DNA of 64,000 nt from Octopus vulgaris (lineage: Eukaryota). Every line of letters begins with the position of its first letter. Position 1 is the first letter of the stretch. Position numbers and translations under genes: made by a program. Shown here in pieces: positions 25,383-38,242 of the stretch. The DNA is taken from the NCBI GenBank assembly GCA_951406725.2, contig OX597824.1, forward strand, positions 20,646,001 to 20,710,000, written 5' to 3'. The notes under the pieces are model-generated. The model was not told where the DNA came from. It saw nothing but the letters and a program-made list of their open reading frames with translations, and did not search any database.

Positions 25383-25402
25383 CGTGATGATGATGATGAT
25401 CG

Positions 25403-25448
<46 letters not shown>

Positions 25449-25545
25449 CGTGATGATGATGATCGTGATGATGATGATGATGATGATGATGGTGATGGTG
25501 ATGATGATGATGATGGTAATGATGATGATGATGATAATGATGGTC
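25234..25545. repeat. (GAT)n microsatellite
   Basis: Direct reading. Confidence 0.95.
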
Positions 25546-26039
25546 ATCATCATGACTGGGTTTTGCGAATCAAGATTTATGAAGAGTTCTGTGCACGTAG
25601 GCCGCAGGTTTGCTGGTGTTGACAAGGGTCTTTACTGGTCAGGTAGGCCTGGTCGGCAATAGCTGCACAAGACATTCTATTTCAGGGTTCGGTGACGCTG
25701 TGTCACAGTTCTTCATCAATCTCTTTTTGTCTTCGAGCTCAGCCCTGCGAGCCTTCTCAAAATAGGAAATAGGCTGTCACCAAGCCTCGCGATTGGAGGC
25801 CACAGTAGACCACTGTAGTTAATGTGAGGCGGCCCCCAAGGGATTTTTTCACAGTACCTGCACAAGGTTGTGCTGTGTAATGAACTCTCTAATAGACACC
25901 ATGACAAAGGGTCACCAAAGAAAGGGAACAGACAACAACAGCAACAAATCCCCACCAAACTCCCCTAAAATAATTATTCAGGAATATTAAGTGACTGGCC
26001 TATGATAAAAGAAAACATTTAACCCTTGAAAACTAAAAC

Positions 26040-27592
26040 GAGCACTACATATTTATTTTTAGATATTATTTGCAACAAGCATCGTTTAATGCCATTTTTT
26101 AATGAATTGGACAGAAGAAAAAGAAAGGAGACACGAAACATAGACATCTTATTCTTAGATATAGTTGTAGGAATAAGGAACAACATATATAATACGTCAG
26201 TATACATATATAAAGAAAACACAAACAAATGCTTATATATACAAGGAGATAGTGAATGCTCTCTTCAATACAAAATATCTTCAGTGAAATCTCTTCTTTG
26301 AAGAGTTTTGAAATTTTCATCTCCTGGAGGAGTCTTAGATAAGGAAATCCCACGCATTAAGCAAACAATAATAATTTTCATAATTTTTTTCTACTATAGA
26401 TACAAGGGATGAAATTTTAGGGGAGGTGACTAGTCGATAACATCGACCCCAATGCTCGACTAATACTTCATCGACTCTGAAAGGATGAAAGGTAATGTTG
26501 GCCCCAGCGGAATTTGAACTCAGAATGTGAAGACGGACAGAATACCGCGAAGCAATTTGTCAGGCGTGCTAATGATTCTGCCAGCCCTCGCTGCCTTAAC
26601 ATTAGTTTATAATCACTACCATAACAGATTAGTAAACCATGCTATACAACGATGCAAGAACAAATTCACCGACACATACACAACGGATGCAACATCGATT
26701 AGTCACACATATCGTATACTGATTTCAAATTTTGGCACAAGCCCAGCAATTTCGGGGGTGCAATGAAGTCGATTACATCAACCCCAATACTCAACTGGTA
26801 CTTATTTTATTGACTCCTAAAAGGATGAAAGGCAATGTCGACCTCGGCTGAATTTGAACTCAGAACATAAAGACGGACGAAATGCCACTAAGCATTTTGT
26901 CCGACGTGTTAACGATACTGCCAGCTCGCCGCCTTCATACGCACCGTATATTACAAGAAGAAAATACACAAAGGTTACAGTTTGGGTGAAAAACTCATAA
27001 AACAAACCATATGCATCACCCCTAACAATAAACTCATTATTAGAATATTTTACAATAACACCAGAATTGTTTTTAAAAAGCCGCATTGACACGAAACCAC
27101 ACACTGGGAAATTACAGAAAATACTTCAGCAAACCAATGTCATATACAAATTTCAATGCGAACATTTAAAGTTATAAACTTCATGACTCAAACTGTTACA
27201 GTGGACACCTAAGTAATGCGCTATCTTATCGATTAACCACGCATTTACAACGAAGAGTCATCGCAACGCATTATAATACAATACACGAAATAAAATTAAA
27301 TTCAATAGAAAGCACTACAATTTCATACAGATTCCTACAAAATGTTTGTAGAATAAGAATAGAAGCTTTGCTACTAACAAAATACAAACCAAAAGTCAAC
27401 ACACACATATAAATTGCACGTGAAATAAATCATGAAATCAATTATATTTTTGGATCCAGCATGGCTAATTTTATTAGTACTGCCTTGATTTTTTTTTTTT
27501 TTTTTTTTGTAATCTGGGGCAAAGTGCGCGAAAACACATCACACACTATCATTTCACTCTGATAATGAGACCGACAATGTCTTAGGAACGTT
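26040..27592 (+). pseudogene. Decayed Penelope-like retroelement: RT C-terminus, GIY-YIG, hammerhead relic; split by two family B SINEs (26380-26597, 26720-26935)
   Basis: ILFLDIVV...NTSVY...SEC..QYKIS.VKSLL...W...DKEI.RIKQ | TLVYNHY...LVNHAI | QTNVIYKFQC...YSG...LSYRLTTHLQ...IEALLL..KPKVN, in PLE order; hammerhead-like CTGATAA-tgagac..gtctta-GGAA-cg-TT at 27559-27592. Confidence 0.7.
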
Positions 27593-27746
27593 ATTTGCTC
27601 CAGCGTAAACATTGAGGACTAACAAGGGAATATGAGGAAAAAAAACATTTTAAAGAAAGATTAAACTTGGATATAATTGTCTTTAAGTATAACATGTTTG
27701 GGGAAAAAAGAAAATAATGTCAACAATGTCTGCTATAAACACGATT

Positions 27747-27789
<43 letters not shown>

Positions 27790-27961
27790 CGCGCGTTTGT
27801 TTGTGTGACTGTGTAGCTGTCTGTCTCTGTATTATGTATGTATATACGTATGCATGCTTGTTTCTAACGTTTATGCACGTGTGTGTGTGTATGTATATAT
27901 GTATGTATGTATGTGTGTATGCGTGTGTGTGTGTATGTATATATGTATGTATGTGTGTATG

Positions 27962-28011
<50 letters not shown>

Positions 28012-28057
28012 CATGTATGTATGATTGTATGTGGGTGTAGGTGTGTATGTATATATA

Positions 28058-28093
<36 letters not shown>

Positions 28094-28363
28094 TGTATGT
28101 ATGTATGTATGTGTGTATGTGTGTGTGGTGGGTGTATATCAACAGCTGCCAACCTTATAGGATTTCCTTTTTCTCTCAACATTCCACTTATTGTCTCGCT
28201 TCGTCTCTACTCCTTATCAAATCATTCAGTCATCCTGTCCTCTTAAACGTCTCACTTTATCCCACTTCCATCTGATTAACTGGACCCAACACAACTTCCT
28301 TATTATTGTTACAGACTTACATAAGGCCTTAAACGACAGTTTGTTTTCATTAGCATTATAGTC

Positions 28364-28567
28364 AGTTCACGTGATAAGTCTTAAAAGCGACAGCAAGTTA
28401 TTCAATTAAGGAGCCGGCTATCATTTCAGAAGTTCATATGACAAGATTAAGGTGACGGCTTGTTAATCACTTAGAGAACCAGCTATCATTTTAAGAGTTC
28501 ACGTGACAGGATTACGGTGACACCAAGCTAATTAATTAGGAGCTGGCCATCATTTTTAGGAGTTCAA
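28364..28567. repeat. Diverged ~65-bp tandem repeat (3 units)
   Basis: agttca(c/t)(g/a)tga..ag..tta...gac...tta.g(a)..c.ggc.atcattt repeated three times. Confidence 0.6.
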
Positions 28568-28756
28568 CGGACCTCGTACTAACATCGCATCTTTCTTCTG
28601 TTCGCATTAACAAACAATTGTCGTTGTTGTTGTTATTGTTGTTTAACCCTAGGCCTCTTACTGAAAGACGCTCCATTTCGTCTTTGTAGCGATGTTTAAT
28701 CGGGATTCTCTTTATGCCCCCACGAAACTGGATCTGGACATGAAAAATACCTTATT

Positions 28757-28959
28757 ATAGGCGCAGGCATGGCTGTGGTTAAAAAGCTTGTTTCGCAACC
28801 ATATGGTTCCGGGTTCAGTCTCACTGTGCGACACCTCGGGCAAGTGTCTTTTACTGTAGCCGCATATCGACGAAAACCCTGTGAGTGGATTTGGTAGACG
28901 GAAACTGTATGGAAGCACGTCGTATTCGCACACACACATACACTTACACTCACACTCAA

Positions 28960-28994
<35 letters not shown>

Positions 28995-29200
28995 CGGTAT
29001 ATGTATGTTTGTGTTTGTCCTCTCGCACCGAGTGACAACCGCCGTTGGTTTGTTTACATCCATGAAACTTAGTGATTCGACAAAAGAAACCGATAGAATA
29101 AGTCCCAGACTTCAAAATAGGTCCTGGGGTCAATTTGTTCGACTAAGCCCAGCATGACTGCAGTCCAATGTTTGAAACAAGTGACGCATAAAAGACAGAA
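28757..29200 (+). mobile_element. SINE family A (diverged, full length)
   Basis: Head ataggcgcaggcatggctgtgg, internal (CA)/(TA), family tail. Confidence 0.85.
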
Positions 29201-31559
29201 AATTCATGAGTCAGGCCTGGGAAAGTTTTGTGGAACACCAACAGTTGGCGGAATATGTTTAATCATGAAATTATAGGTCTATCCCATTCCCTAGAAAAAC
29301 CCGACACAGCTTAGTACCACTGTCATTGCAGATACTGCAGTCAGAAGTTAAAGAGCCGGAATAGATGCCGCAAGGTAGCCTCGCTGATGCTCTAATGAAT
29401 CGACCCTTTATTTAAGTACTTTAATTTTTTTTATAGATCCTGAAAAGAGGAAAGGCAAAGTTGACTTCGACGGGATTTGAACTCAGAGCATCAAAAGCCA
29501 GAAAAATACCGCAAAGCATTTATGCAACGCTCAAACGGATCTGCCAACTCGTTTTGAGATTTTGGACTACATATTCCAATCTGCCCTTTTTTCTCTAAGA
29601 TAAGTCTTTCGTTAAGAAAGATTTATCAGCTATTTCTAGCAGGTCGAGTAACTACGCAGAAGCATCTGCTTTATTTTTCTTTTGTTTTTTTTCTTTTTTC
29701 AGAGATTAATTGAAATGGTTGATGCCACAGACTAGCAATGTCTCTCCTGTAGGCAGAAAACTGCACGTAAAATGAATAAATAAAATAAAACCGAAAGCAA
29801 TCCACAGTTGTTATTGCCTGAGAAGGAGACAATCAAATAAACGCAAAGACCTAGTCTTCAGCAATAGCGTTGACAATGATTTGCAACATAGGCAAAAGTG
29901 CTTTCACATTTTGGAAGTGAACTATACTGGGTTAACTATACTGCAATACTTGACTAATTCGACAGAGACAATGGCGCCAAACAAGGCCGCAAGGCGTTAC
30001 TGGTTCGGTGTACGAAGAAAGGGTGATAGAAATGGCCCTGGAAAGGTATGTCAGTTGTGTAACGATCGGCGGTGAACTGGTCAATGATAAAAGGTATATT
30101 TGATCACGGCGGGATTTGAACCCCGTACGTAAAATATAGCAAGGCAGTTTGCTCACCATTCTATCACTTCTCGCAGACCGCCATTTCTCTTTCCAAGCAA
30201 TTACTCTTCGCATCGCTCTCTACTTTCTTTCAAACAGGAGAAGACATTTTGGATGATATAATCTCAGATAGCCCATGGTATACTGCGAGTAGGCCTGAGA
30301 ACGGGCACAGCAATTACCATAAAATCATAAAAGTATTCCAGCCGGATGCGAAGTGATTTCGAAGTAAAAAAAAAAACAACCAAAAAACAAACACGAGAGC
30401 TTTTATGTGGTTGATCCATCGGTTAGAAATAGTAGCTAAATCTTCAGATCAAACCACCATACAGGCTTTAAAAAAGGTGAGGAGGCATTATTGATAATGT
30501 CCTAGATATACTGTCTGAACTCGAAGATGCGAAGGTCGAGGATGGCAAGTCTTTGCTCTGCTAGATCAGGGATGACCTATCGATAATCAAAACTAAATAA
30601 TTATCGTTTCGGATACCAATCAAACTCTACTTTTTAGTTATTGATTTGCAATTTTTTTTTTATTTATTTAAAAGATCAATAAGATTTTTTTTTCTCCAAA
30701 ACATTGTCTAAAGACATTTTAAAACAAAATAATTAGAAAACAATTTTAAAAAAAGATAAAATCTTTTACGCCAAATTAAAACGAGAGCGGGGTGGGGGGA
30801 TTAGTTGAATATTTATAAAGTAGAAGTTCACCAGAAATCAAAGATTAGTCTCAACAGAAATATCGATTTATTTTGACTATATATACAAGGCGAACTGGAT
30901 TTTGTAGTTGGGGGAGACACAATCGATTAAACCTGTTTTTGGTATTGTTGCTTAACCCCAGATGAACCCTGGTCGAACAAGCATATAATCAAAGACATTC
31001 GAATTGCGGCCACTTCTCTGAAGTGGTCTTCCAGAGGTTTCTAGCAAAACTACAATATATAATGTATCCTTTCCTTATTTAAGACGACACGGAGTAATTT
31101 GAAGGTGTTTTGGCACAATTCCTAGCAAACCGAGAGACCATGCAGATGGTTCCTACATTTGCTCGTTCACATCATTGTAGATGTTTCCCTTAAACCCTCA
31201 CCCTTCCTGCAAGGGCGTAACTAGACCGTGTACCACCCGGAGCAGCCCTTGAGTGTCCCGTTCCTCACCATCTCACTATCCATATACAGGCTTATACAAC
31301 AAACCCCAAAAATGCCGCCCTCATAAAAGCGTCCCCCAGAACAGATCGCCCCCTCAACCACCACCACGCCAGCGATGCTACAGCCTTCTGGGATTTCTAA
31401 GGGCCGGTGCATTGTACCGATTTCACAGTATTAAGTGAGTAAACAGATATTGTATTACCAACGAACTGGGTAGGAAGTTGCTTTTTCACAAGTAACACTC
31501 CTAACTGATCTCTTACCTTTCGCCGGCAGACAAGCATACAGTGGTAATGTAGCAACTGC

Positions 31560-31837
31560 GTTATATAGGTATGTCTTTATAACACAGACGCTACGTACGA
31601 CGTACAATAGGCATCCCCCACAATACGGAAGCATTCCTAAAATCCATATCGTAACGCGGAGTTCCGCAATGCGAAACGTACTTCTCTGTTGACTTCCGTG
31701 TCGATTGATTTCAATGTAATATAGTAGCCTATGGTGAAATAAGTTTTGCGTTATGGATTTCCACGTTACGACAATATTTTCATGGATAATGCGTTTTTGT
31801 AACACAGGGAAGACCATAGTTTGCTTTCATTGGTTTG
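31560..31837 (-). repeat. Dispersed repeat, inverted copy at 34047-34325
   Basis: Reverse-complement match over ~275 bp; ORFs 31455..31817 (-) and 34069..34263 (+) translate similarly. Confidence 0.85.
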
Positions 31838-32116
31838 ATCTTAAGGACGTGTTGTTTTCTTGAGCTAAATACTTCATTTCACGTTTCCTCCAGTCCACTC
31901 AGCTGGCAAAAATGAGTAATCCTATGACGGACCGCCGTCCCGTCCAGGTGGGAGAATATATACGCCATGAAAGCAGGAAACCGGCCCTATGAGTCTATGA
32001 CTCGGGGAAAAAAACTTTACTAGATGGTTATATTGGTGCTACACAGAGTAATTATAAAGTCTCTTGGTATTAGAGACTGCTGAATTTCAGTTTTAACATG
32101 ATCTGATACGCATACA

Positions 32117-32870
32117 TCTAATATAATAAATGCAAATGTTAGTGTGTCAGTGTGTCACGCTGTTTGCAACTTTAATACCTAGAGGCCGTAGACCAACATA
32201 TACCATTATGGAATCGGGCCAACTCTGCGAATAAATTTTAAAACATTCCAGGTCGAATCTGGACCCACAATCCTGAAATAGTGAATTCCCAAATTTTCAT
32301 TACTGCAATTGTTTTCGGCGCTTTTTTTTTTTTTTACATGATTTTTTGCAATGGATTTTTTTGTACGATAACTTGGAAATAAATTTCGGGAATAATCGAA
32401 AATAATTGCAAAATCCAGGGATTACTTTCAGCGATTTTTTCACGTGATTTATTTTGCGACGAATATGATCATCATTGGGGATATGACTCTGGAGGAAGCA
32501 ATTGCAACAAATTCTCCAAAACAAGTCAGAGATCTATTTGAAGATCTTCCTATTCGAGTTCTGTAGCTTCAAAGCTATATACCTATTTCTTTATTACTCA
32601 CAAGGGGCTAAACGTAGAGGGGACAAACAAGGACAGACATAGGTATTAAGTCGATTACATCGACCCCAGTGCGTAACTGGTACTTAATCTATCGACCCCG
32701 AAAGGATGAAAGGTAAAGTCGACCTCGGCGGAATTTGAACTCAGAATGTAACGGCAGACGAAATACCGCTAAGCATTTCGCCCGACGTGCTAACGTTTCT
32801 GCCAGCTCTCCGCCTTTTACCAGCTATATACCAGCTTAAAAGCCACCATATCGGGCGGCTTTTAAGCTAG
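32117..32870 (+). mobile_element. Non-autonomous Helitron (family H3) with nested SINE B
   Basis: A|TCtaatataataaatgc start; terminal hairpin cttaaaagcc...ggcttttaag then CTAG|T. Confidence 0.65.
32584..32815 (-). mobile_element. SINE family B
   Basis: Family B; agctatatacc repeated on both sides. Confidence 0.85.
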
Positions 32871-33147
32871 TAAAACATATATAACACATACAAATGGCAG
32901 AATACAGATGATATTTATAACAAAGATATAATGTTTGTGGTTATCGAAAGAAAGGCAAGTGAACAATCAGTCGAGTGACCTTTGATATATACATATTTTT
33001 TTTAAATGTGTAAACAGGAGAAATTGGATTAAGCAAACACGCTTTATCGCATAATGTTACAACTGTTCCATCTTCACCTTGCCAGCAGATAATTGCCAAA
33101 ATATTATATAATAAATACACCAGATTCATTACATTACATCAGTATTG

Positions 33148-33209
<62 letters not shown>

Positions 33210-33504
33210 ATATGAATATGTATTGCAGTGTAATATTTATAATGCGTTTTAATGTCTATGCATTAATTATATTTTCTTCATTAACGTCAATATGTATTTT
33301 ATTCAATGTAAGGTTTTTTCCACGAATTTTATAATTTTTATAATTTTTATAATTTTTATATATATACATATATTTTTGAGGTCATTTTTTGTTTATCGCT
33401 CGTAGATTGACTGTTATTTCTAAAGGGCCAATCAAACAAGTCCATTTTTTTTAAAGGTGTAGCGTTTGTAAGAGATGGATTGAATTGATATATCGGTTCC
33501 ATTC

Positions 33505-33560
33505 TAGCAAAAACTGTCTGATGAACGGCAACGAGAAACTCAGAGTAACAGATTTTGTTG
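33505..33560 (+). ncRNA. Minimal type-I hammerhead ribozyme (PLE-type, canonical core)
   Basis: tagcaaaaactgt-CTGATGA-acggcaacga-GAAA-ctcagag-TA-acagattttgttg. Extended stem I, GNRA-capped mini stem II, near-palindromic stem III, GUA cleavage triplet (after 33547). AATAAA and (TA)n follow within 30 bp. Confidence 0.7.
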
Positions 33561-33583
33561 AATTTTCTGCTGCTTTAAATAAA

Positions 33584-33649
<66 letters not shown>

Positions 33650-34414
33650 TCAAGGGATATTTGTGGATTTCCGAATGTAACTTCAGTAATACGACTGGTT
33701 TTCGTTGTAAAACAGCATCTGATAGCCGATACCCGTGGATAAGCTTTATAAGGCAAACTAGACAGTTCATACCCAAATTGAATTGATGTGTGTGTGTGTG
33801 AGAGAGAGAGACAGACAGACATACAGACAGACAGACAGACTGAATCGATGAGGCTATCGGATGATGTAATACACTGCTGGTCAGAATGTGCTTCCTCGCA
33901 CTGATTTCGAATGATGCCACTCGCTGGCTAGGTGGGTAGGCCAACACTCCCCCTGGACGGAACGCTAGTCAATCGTAGATTTACTCATTTAGGATCCTGA
34001 CAAATTTCTTCCAGCCAACTGAAGTTGTTCAAATTTAATTTTCACGACCAAGCCAATGAAAACAAACTATGGTCTTCCCTGTGTTACGGAAACACATTGT
34101 CCATGAAAATATTGTCGTAACGTGGAATTCCATAACGCGAAACTTATTTCACCATAGGCTACCATGTTACATTGAAATCAATCGACATGGAAGTCAACAT
34201 GGAAGTACGTTTCGCATTGCGGAACTCCACGTTACGGCATGTTTTTTAGGAATGCTTCCGTAATGTGGGGGATGCCTGTAGTACGTAGCGTCCGTGTTAT
34301 AAAGACATGCCTATATAACTACATCAGAAAAACATTTTTGGAAAATAACCTGGAGAAAACTTGGAAAACCTCAAATGCTAGGAAGAACTGTAACGAGATT
34401 CTCAATTTATAACT

Positions 34415-34812
34415 GAAGAAACGTTAGCACGCCGGGCGAAATGCTTAGCGGTATTTCGTCTGTCGTTACGTTCTGAGTTCAAATTCCGCCGAGGTCGACT
34501 TTGCCTTTCATCCTTTCGTGGTCGATAAATAAAGTACCAGTTTCCCACTGGGGTCGATGTAATCGACTTAATCCCTTTGTCTGTTCTTGTTTGTCCCCTC
34601 TGTGTTTAGCTCCTTGTGGGTAATAAAGAAATAGGTATTTCGTCTGTCGTTACGTTCTGAGTTCAAATTCCGCCGAGGTCGACTTTGCCTTTCATCCTTT
34701 CGTGGTCGATAAATAAAGTACCAGTTTCCCACTGGGGTCGATGTAATCGACTTAATCCCTTTGTCTGTTCTTGTTTGTCCCCTTTGTGAGCCCCTTGTGA
34801 GCAGTAAAGAAA
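34415..34812 (+). mobile_element. SINE family B dimer
   Basis: Two near-identical ~185-bp units sharing diagnostic variants (ttcgtggtcg, tttcccactgg). Confidence 0.85.
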
Positions 34813-35144
34813 TATATAACTGAGTGGACTAGAGCAATGTGAAATGAAATGTTTTGCCCAAGAACCCACCTTACGCACCACCCGGTCTGGGAATCGAAAC
34901 CACGATATTACGGTCGCGAGTGCAACCATCCTAACCACTGGACAATGCGCCCTACGGAAATTGTCAAGTAAAATTTTCAGGAACATAACGCAGGGATCCA
35001 CACACACACACACATATTCACACAGGATCTATTCCATCTCAATCACAGATTTTTTAATTATTTTTTTTAACTAAACAGTTTGAAACTTCGAATAGATCCC
35101 ACACACACACACACACACACACATTGCATTTGTATCTTTAAGTT

Positions 35145-35395
35145 CATGTGTGTGTAAGTCCGTGTGTGTGTGTGTGCGTGTGTAAGTTCGTGTGTGTACG
35201 TGTGTGCGTGTGTAAGTTCGTGTGTGTGTGTGTGTGTGTAAGTTCGTGTGCGTGTGTGTGTAAGTTCGTGTGTGTGTGTGTAAGTTCGTGTGTGTGTGTA
35301 AGTTCGTGTGTGTGCGTGTGTAAGTTCGTGTAAGTCCGTGTGTGTGTGTAAGTTCGTGTGTGTGTGTGTGTGTGTGTAAGTTCATGTGTGTGCGT
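35145..35395. repeat. (GT)n-AAGTTC minisatellite
   Basis: gtgtgtaagttc recurs with variable GT spacers. Confidence 0.9.
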
Positions 35396-35551
35396 GTGTG
35401 TGTAGAATGGGACTTTTTGTGTAAACTTGTCTTTGGTCAGGATGGTTAAAAAACAAAATTAAACTGATTTTGTGTACGTGTGTGTGTAAGTGTGTGTGTG
35501 TGTGTGTGTGTTTGCGTATGTAATCAGTGTGTGTGTGTTTGCGTATGTAAT

Positions 35552-35588
<37 letters not shown>

Positions 35589-36194
35589 CATGACACGTGA
35601 CAGAACACCCGCCAAGTTAAGGCTGCCGTACCAGATCTCCCATCATTTTCCTTCTTGACAAGAGAGGGCGAAAAAAACAGAAAACTGATAAATGTCAGTC
35701 ACTTCTCTTGAAGGCCACCCGCCACATCCATATCTACTTTCAACTTTATTTCATCTTCCCTATCTTTTTACTTCCTCTACCCGATAGCTAAGTTCTTCTA
35801 TCTGTGTCTTCTCTCTCTCTCACTCTCTCTGTGTCTCTCTCTCTTTCTCTCTCCCTCCTCGCAACCAGCCTACGTCCCGTGACCGTTATTTCAATTACTG
35901 AGAGACACAAACGAGTGCCCCAATGTAGTCTTTCGATTTGCTAGAAATGACAGCTAAATACTCCTTCAAATCACAGCCAGTGATTTTTCAAACATTGGAT
36001 TAATATAATTCCGGTACTACTTACAAGGAGTGGACCCGACGCGCGCACCCGCGCAAGTCAGCAGACAGACGGACGCATGCACACGCGCAAGTCAGTGGCA
36101 CCCGTGATTAAAAAAAAAAAAAACTCCACATGTATAAAGATGTGTAAACTGTAAATCAGATAGGTCCATCTGTCTATCTATCTTTCTATCTGTC

Positions 36195-36431
36195 TTTCTT
36201 ACTTCTTTATTGCCCACAAGGGGCTAAACATAGAGGGGACAAACAAGGACAGACAAAGGAATTAAGTCGATTAGATCGACCCCAGTGTGTAACTGGTTCT
36301 TATTTAATCGACCCCGAAAGGATGAAAGGCAAAGTCGACCTCGGCGGAATTTGAACTTAGAACGTAACGGCAGACGAAATACCGCAAAGAATTTCGCCTG
36401 GCATGCTAACGTTTCTGCCAGCTCACCGCCT
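36195..36431 (-). mobile_element. SINE family B nested in the TIR element
   Basis: Family B similarity. Confidence 0.85.
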
Positions 36432-36448
36432 ATCTATCTGTCTTTCTT

Positions 36449-36480
<32 letters not shown>

Positions 36481-36489
36481 CATGAACCC

Positions 36490-36807
36490 GGAAAATTTAA
36501 AACAGAGAGTTACTTACTTGCAAATAAATGTGTTAACATGCGACATTATTGACCGAGGTTACCGTGGTCTTTTCCGTAGGCTTTTCTTTCCACGGATAAA
36601 CCTTATCTGTTTCCCCCTTTACACTTTACATCATGACATTTCTGCGATACACGATCCCTATTGATCGTTTTTTTCTTTCTTTTTTACGACCCCTTTTGAT
36701 CGAAAACCTACCCCCCCCTTTTATTTTTTTTTTCTCCCCAAAAAGAAAAGCTCTACTTTGTAATTTGTCCCCTCTGTGTTCAGCCCCATGTGGCCAATAA
36801 AGAAACA

Positions 36808-36851
<44 letters not shown>

Positions 36852-37194
36852 CATCTATATGAATGACGAAGCCACCTTGAGCATAATCCTATGAAAAATT
36901 TAAAACAGAGAGTTACTTACTTGCAAATAAATGTGTTAACATGTGACATTATTGACCGAGGTTACCGTGGTCTTTTCCGTAGGCTTTTCTCTCCACGGAT
37001 AAACCTTATCTGTTTCCCCCTTTACACTTTACGATACACGATCCCTATCGATCGCTTTTTTTCTTTCTTTTTTACGACCCCTTTTGATCGAAAACCTACC
37101 CCCCTTTTATTTTATTTTTTCTCCCCAAAAAGAAAAGCTCTACTTTGTAATTTGTCCCCTCTGTGTTCAGCCCTATGTGGCCAATAAAGAAACA

Positions 37195-37195
<1 letters not shown>
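36490..37195 (+). repeat. Two tandem ~310-bp copies of a probable non-LTR element 3' UTR
   Basis: 36490-36808 and 36893-37195, each ending ttgtcccctctgtgttcagccc.gtggccaataaagaaa + (TCTA)n. Confidence 0.75.
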
Positions 37196-37242
<47 letters not shown>

Positions 37243-38202
37243 CATCTATCTATCTAAATATTTATTTATCTATCTATCTAATGAAACAAATTTTGAATTT
37301 GAGATAAGATGTTACTCAAAAGTAGTCATAAAGAAAAGTGAAAATAATGAAATAAAATGTTATTCAAAAGAGAACCATTCTGAAAGGGGTTTTAGACTGT
37401 TCCGAAAACATTCATCCCCGGTCTTCCCATATTTTTCCCTCCAAAGAAACTCAGTTGGACATTACTGGAAAAATACAAAACGCAGATTCAAGAGTATAAT
37501 GGGAGTACACAAAATCTCCGCCCCACCCCCCCGTCCGATTTACAGTTTACACATATTTATACATGCAGAGGGGTTTTTTTTATCGCGGATACCACTGACT
37601 GACGCGGGTGCGTGTGTCCACCGATTATCGCGGGTGCGTGTGTCCACCGACTAGCGCGGGTGCGCGCGTCGGGTCAACTCATCTTAAGGAGTACCAATAA
37701 TTCCAACGTACATTACGCCTGATAGAAAAATACAGGATGGTCACAGCTGGAGTGTCGTTTATTGTAGGTCTGGTAAATGATGGCCGACCTTGAGACTAGA
37801 CAACAACCATCATCGCCTTTGCTTTTCACTAACTAATATGCGATGGCTAGTGGCGCCCTCTCTCCCTCTTTATCTGCCCTTCCTCGCCTCTCTCTCTTCC
37901 TTGATTTCTGCTTTTTCAGAAGATGGTTTACTAAGACCGTCCTTATCACTTCTCTAAAAGACTTACCGTACGAATATCACCGATTCCAAATCATCGACTC
38001 TCGCTCTCCCACCCGCTCACCGCTCACCCGCTCCCCACCCGCTTCTCCTGTCTAATCTATACGTTTATCTTTAGATAGATACGTCACTCTCTCTCCCTAC
38101 ACCGAGGTTTCTCTCTTGGTAGAGACTTAGTTTTTTAAATCTGTCTAATCTATACGTTTATCTTTAGATAGATACGTCACTCTCTCTCTCCATCGCCCCC
38201 TC

Positions 38203-38242
<40 letters not shown>

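Larger units (their letters stand above)
36013..37695. mobile_element. Merlin-like non-autonomous DNA transposon with ~150-bp TIRs
   Basis: Left ggtactacttacaaggagtggacccgacgcgcgcacccgcgc vs right gcgcgggtgcgcgcgtcgggtcaactcatcttaaggagtacc; GG termini; (t/a)ataattcc TSD; short tandem repeats inside the TIRs. Confidence 0.7.
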
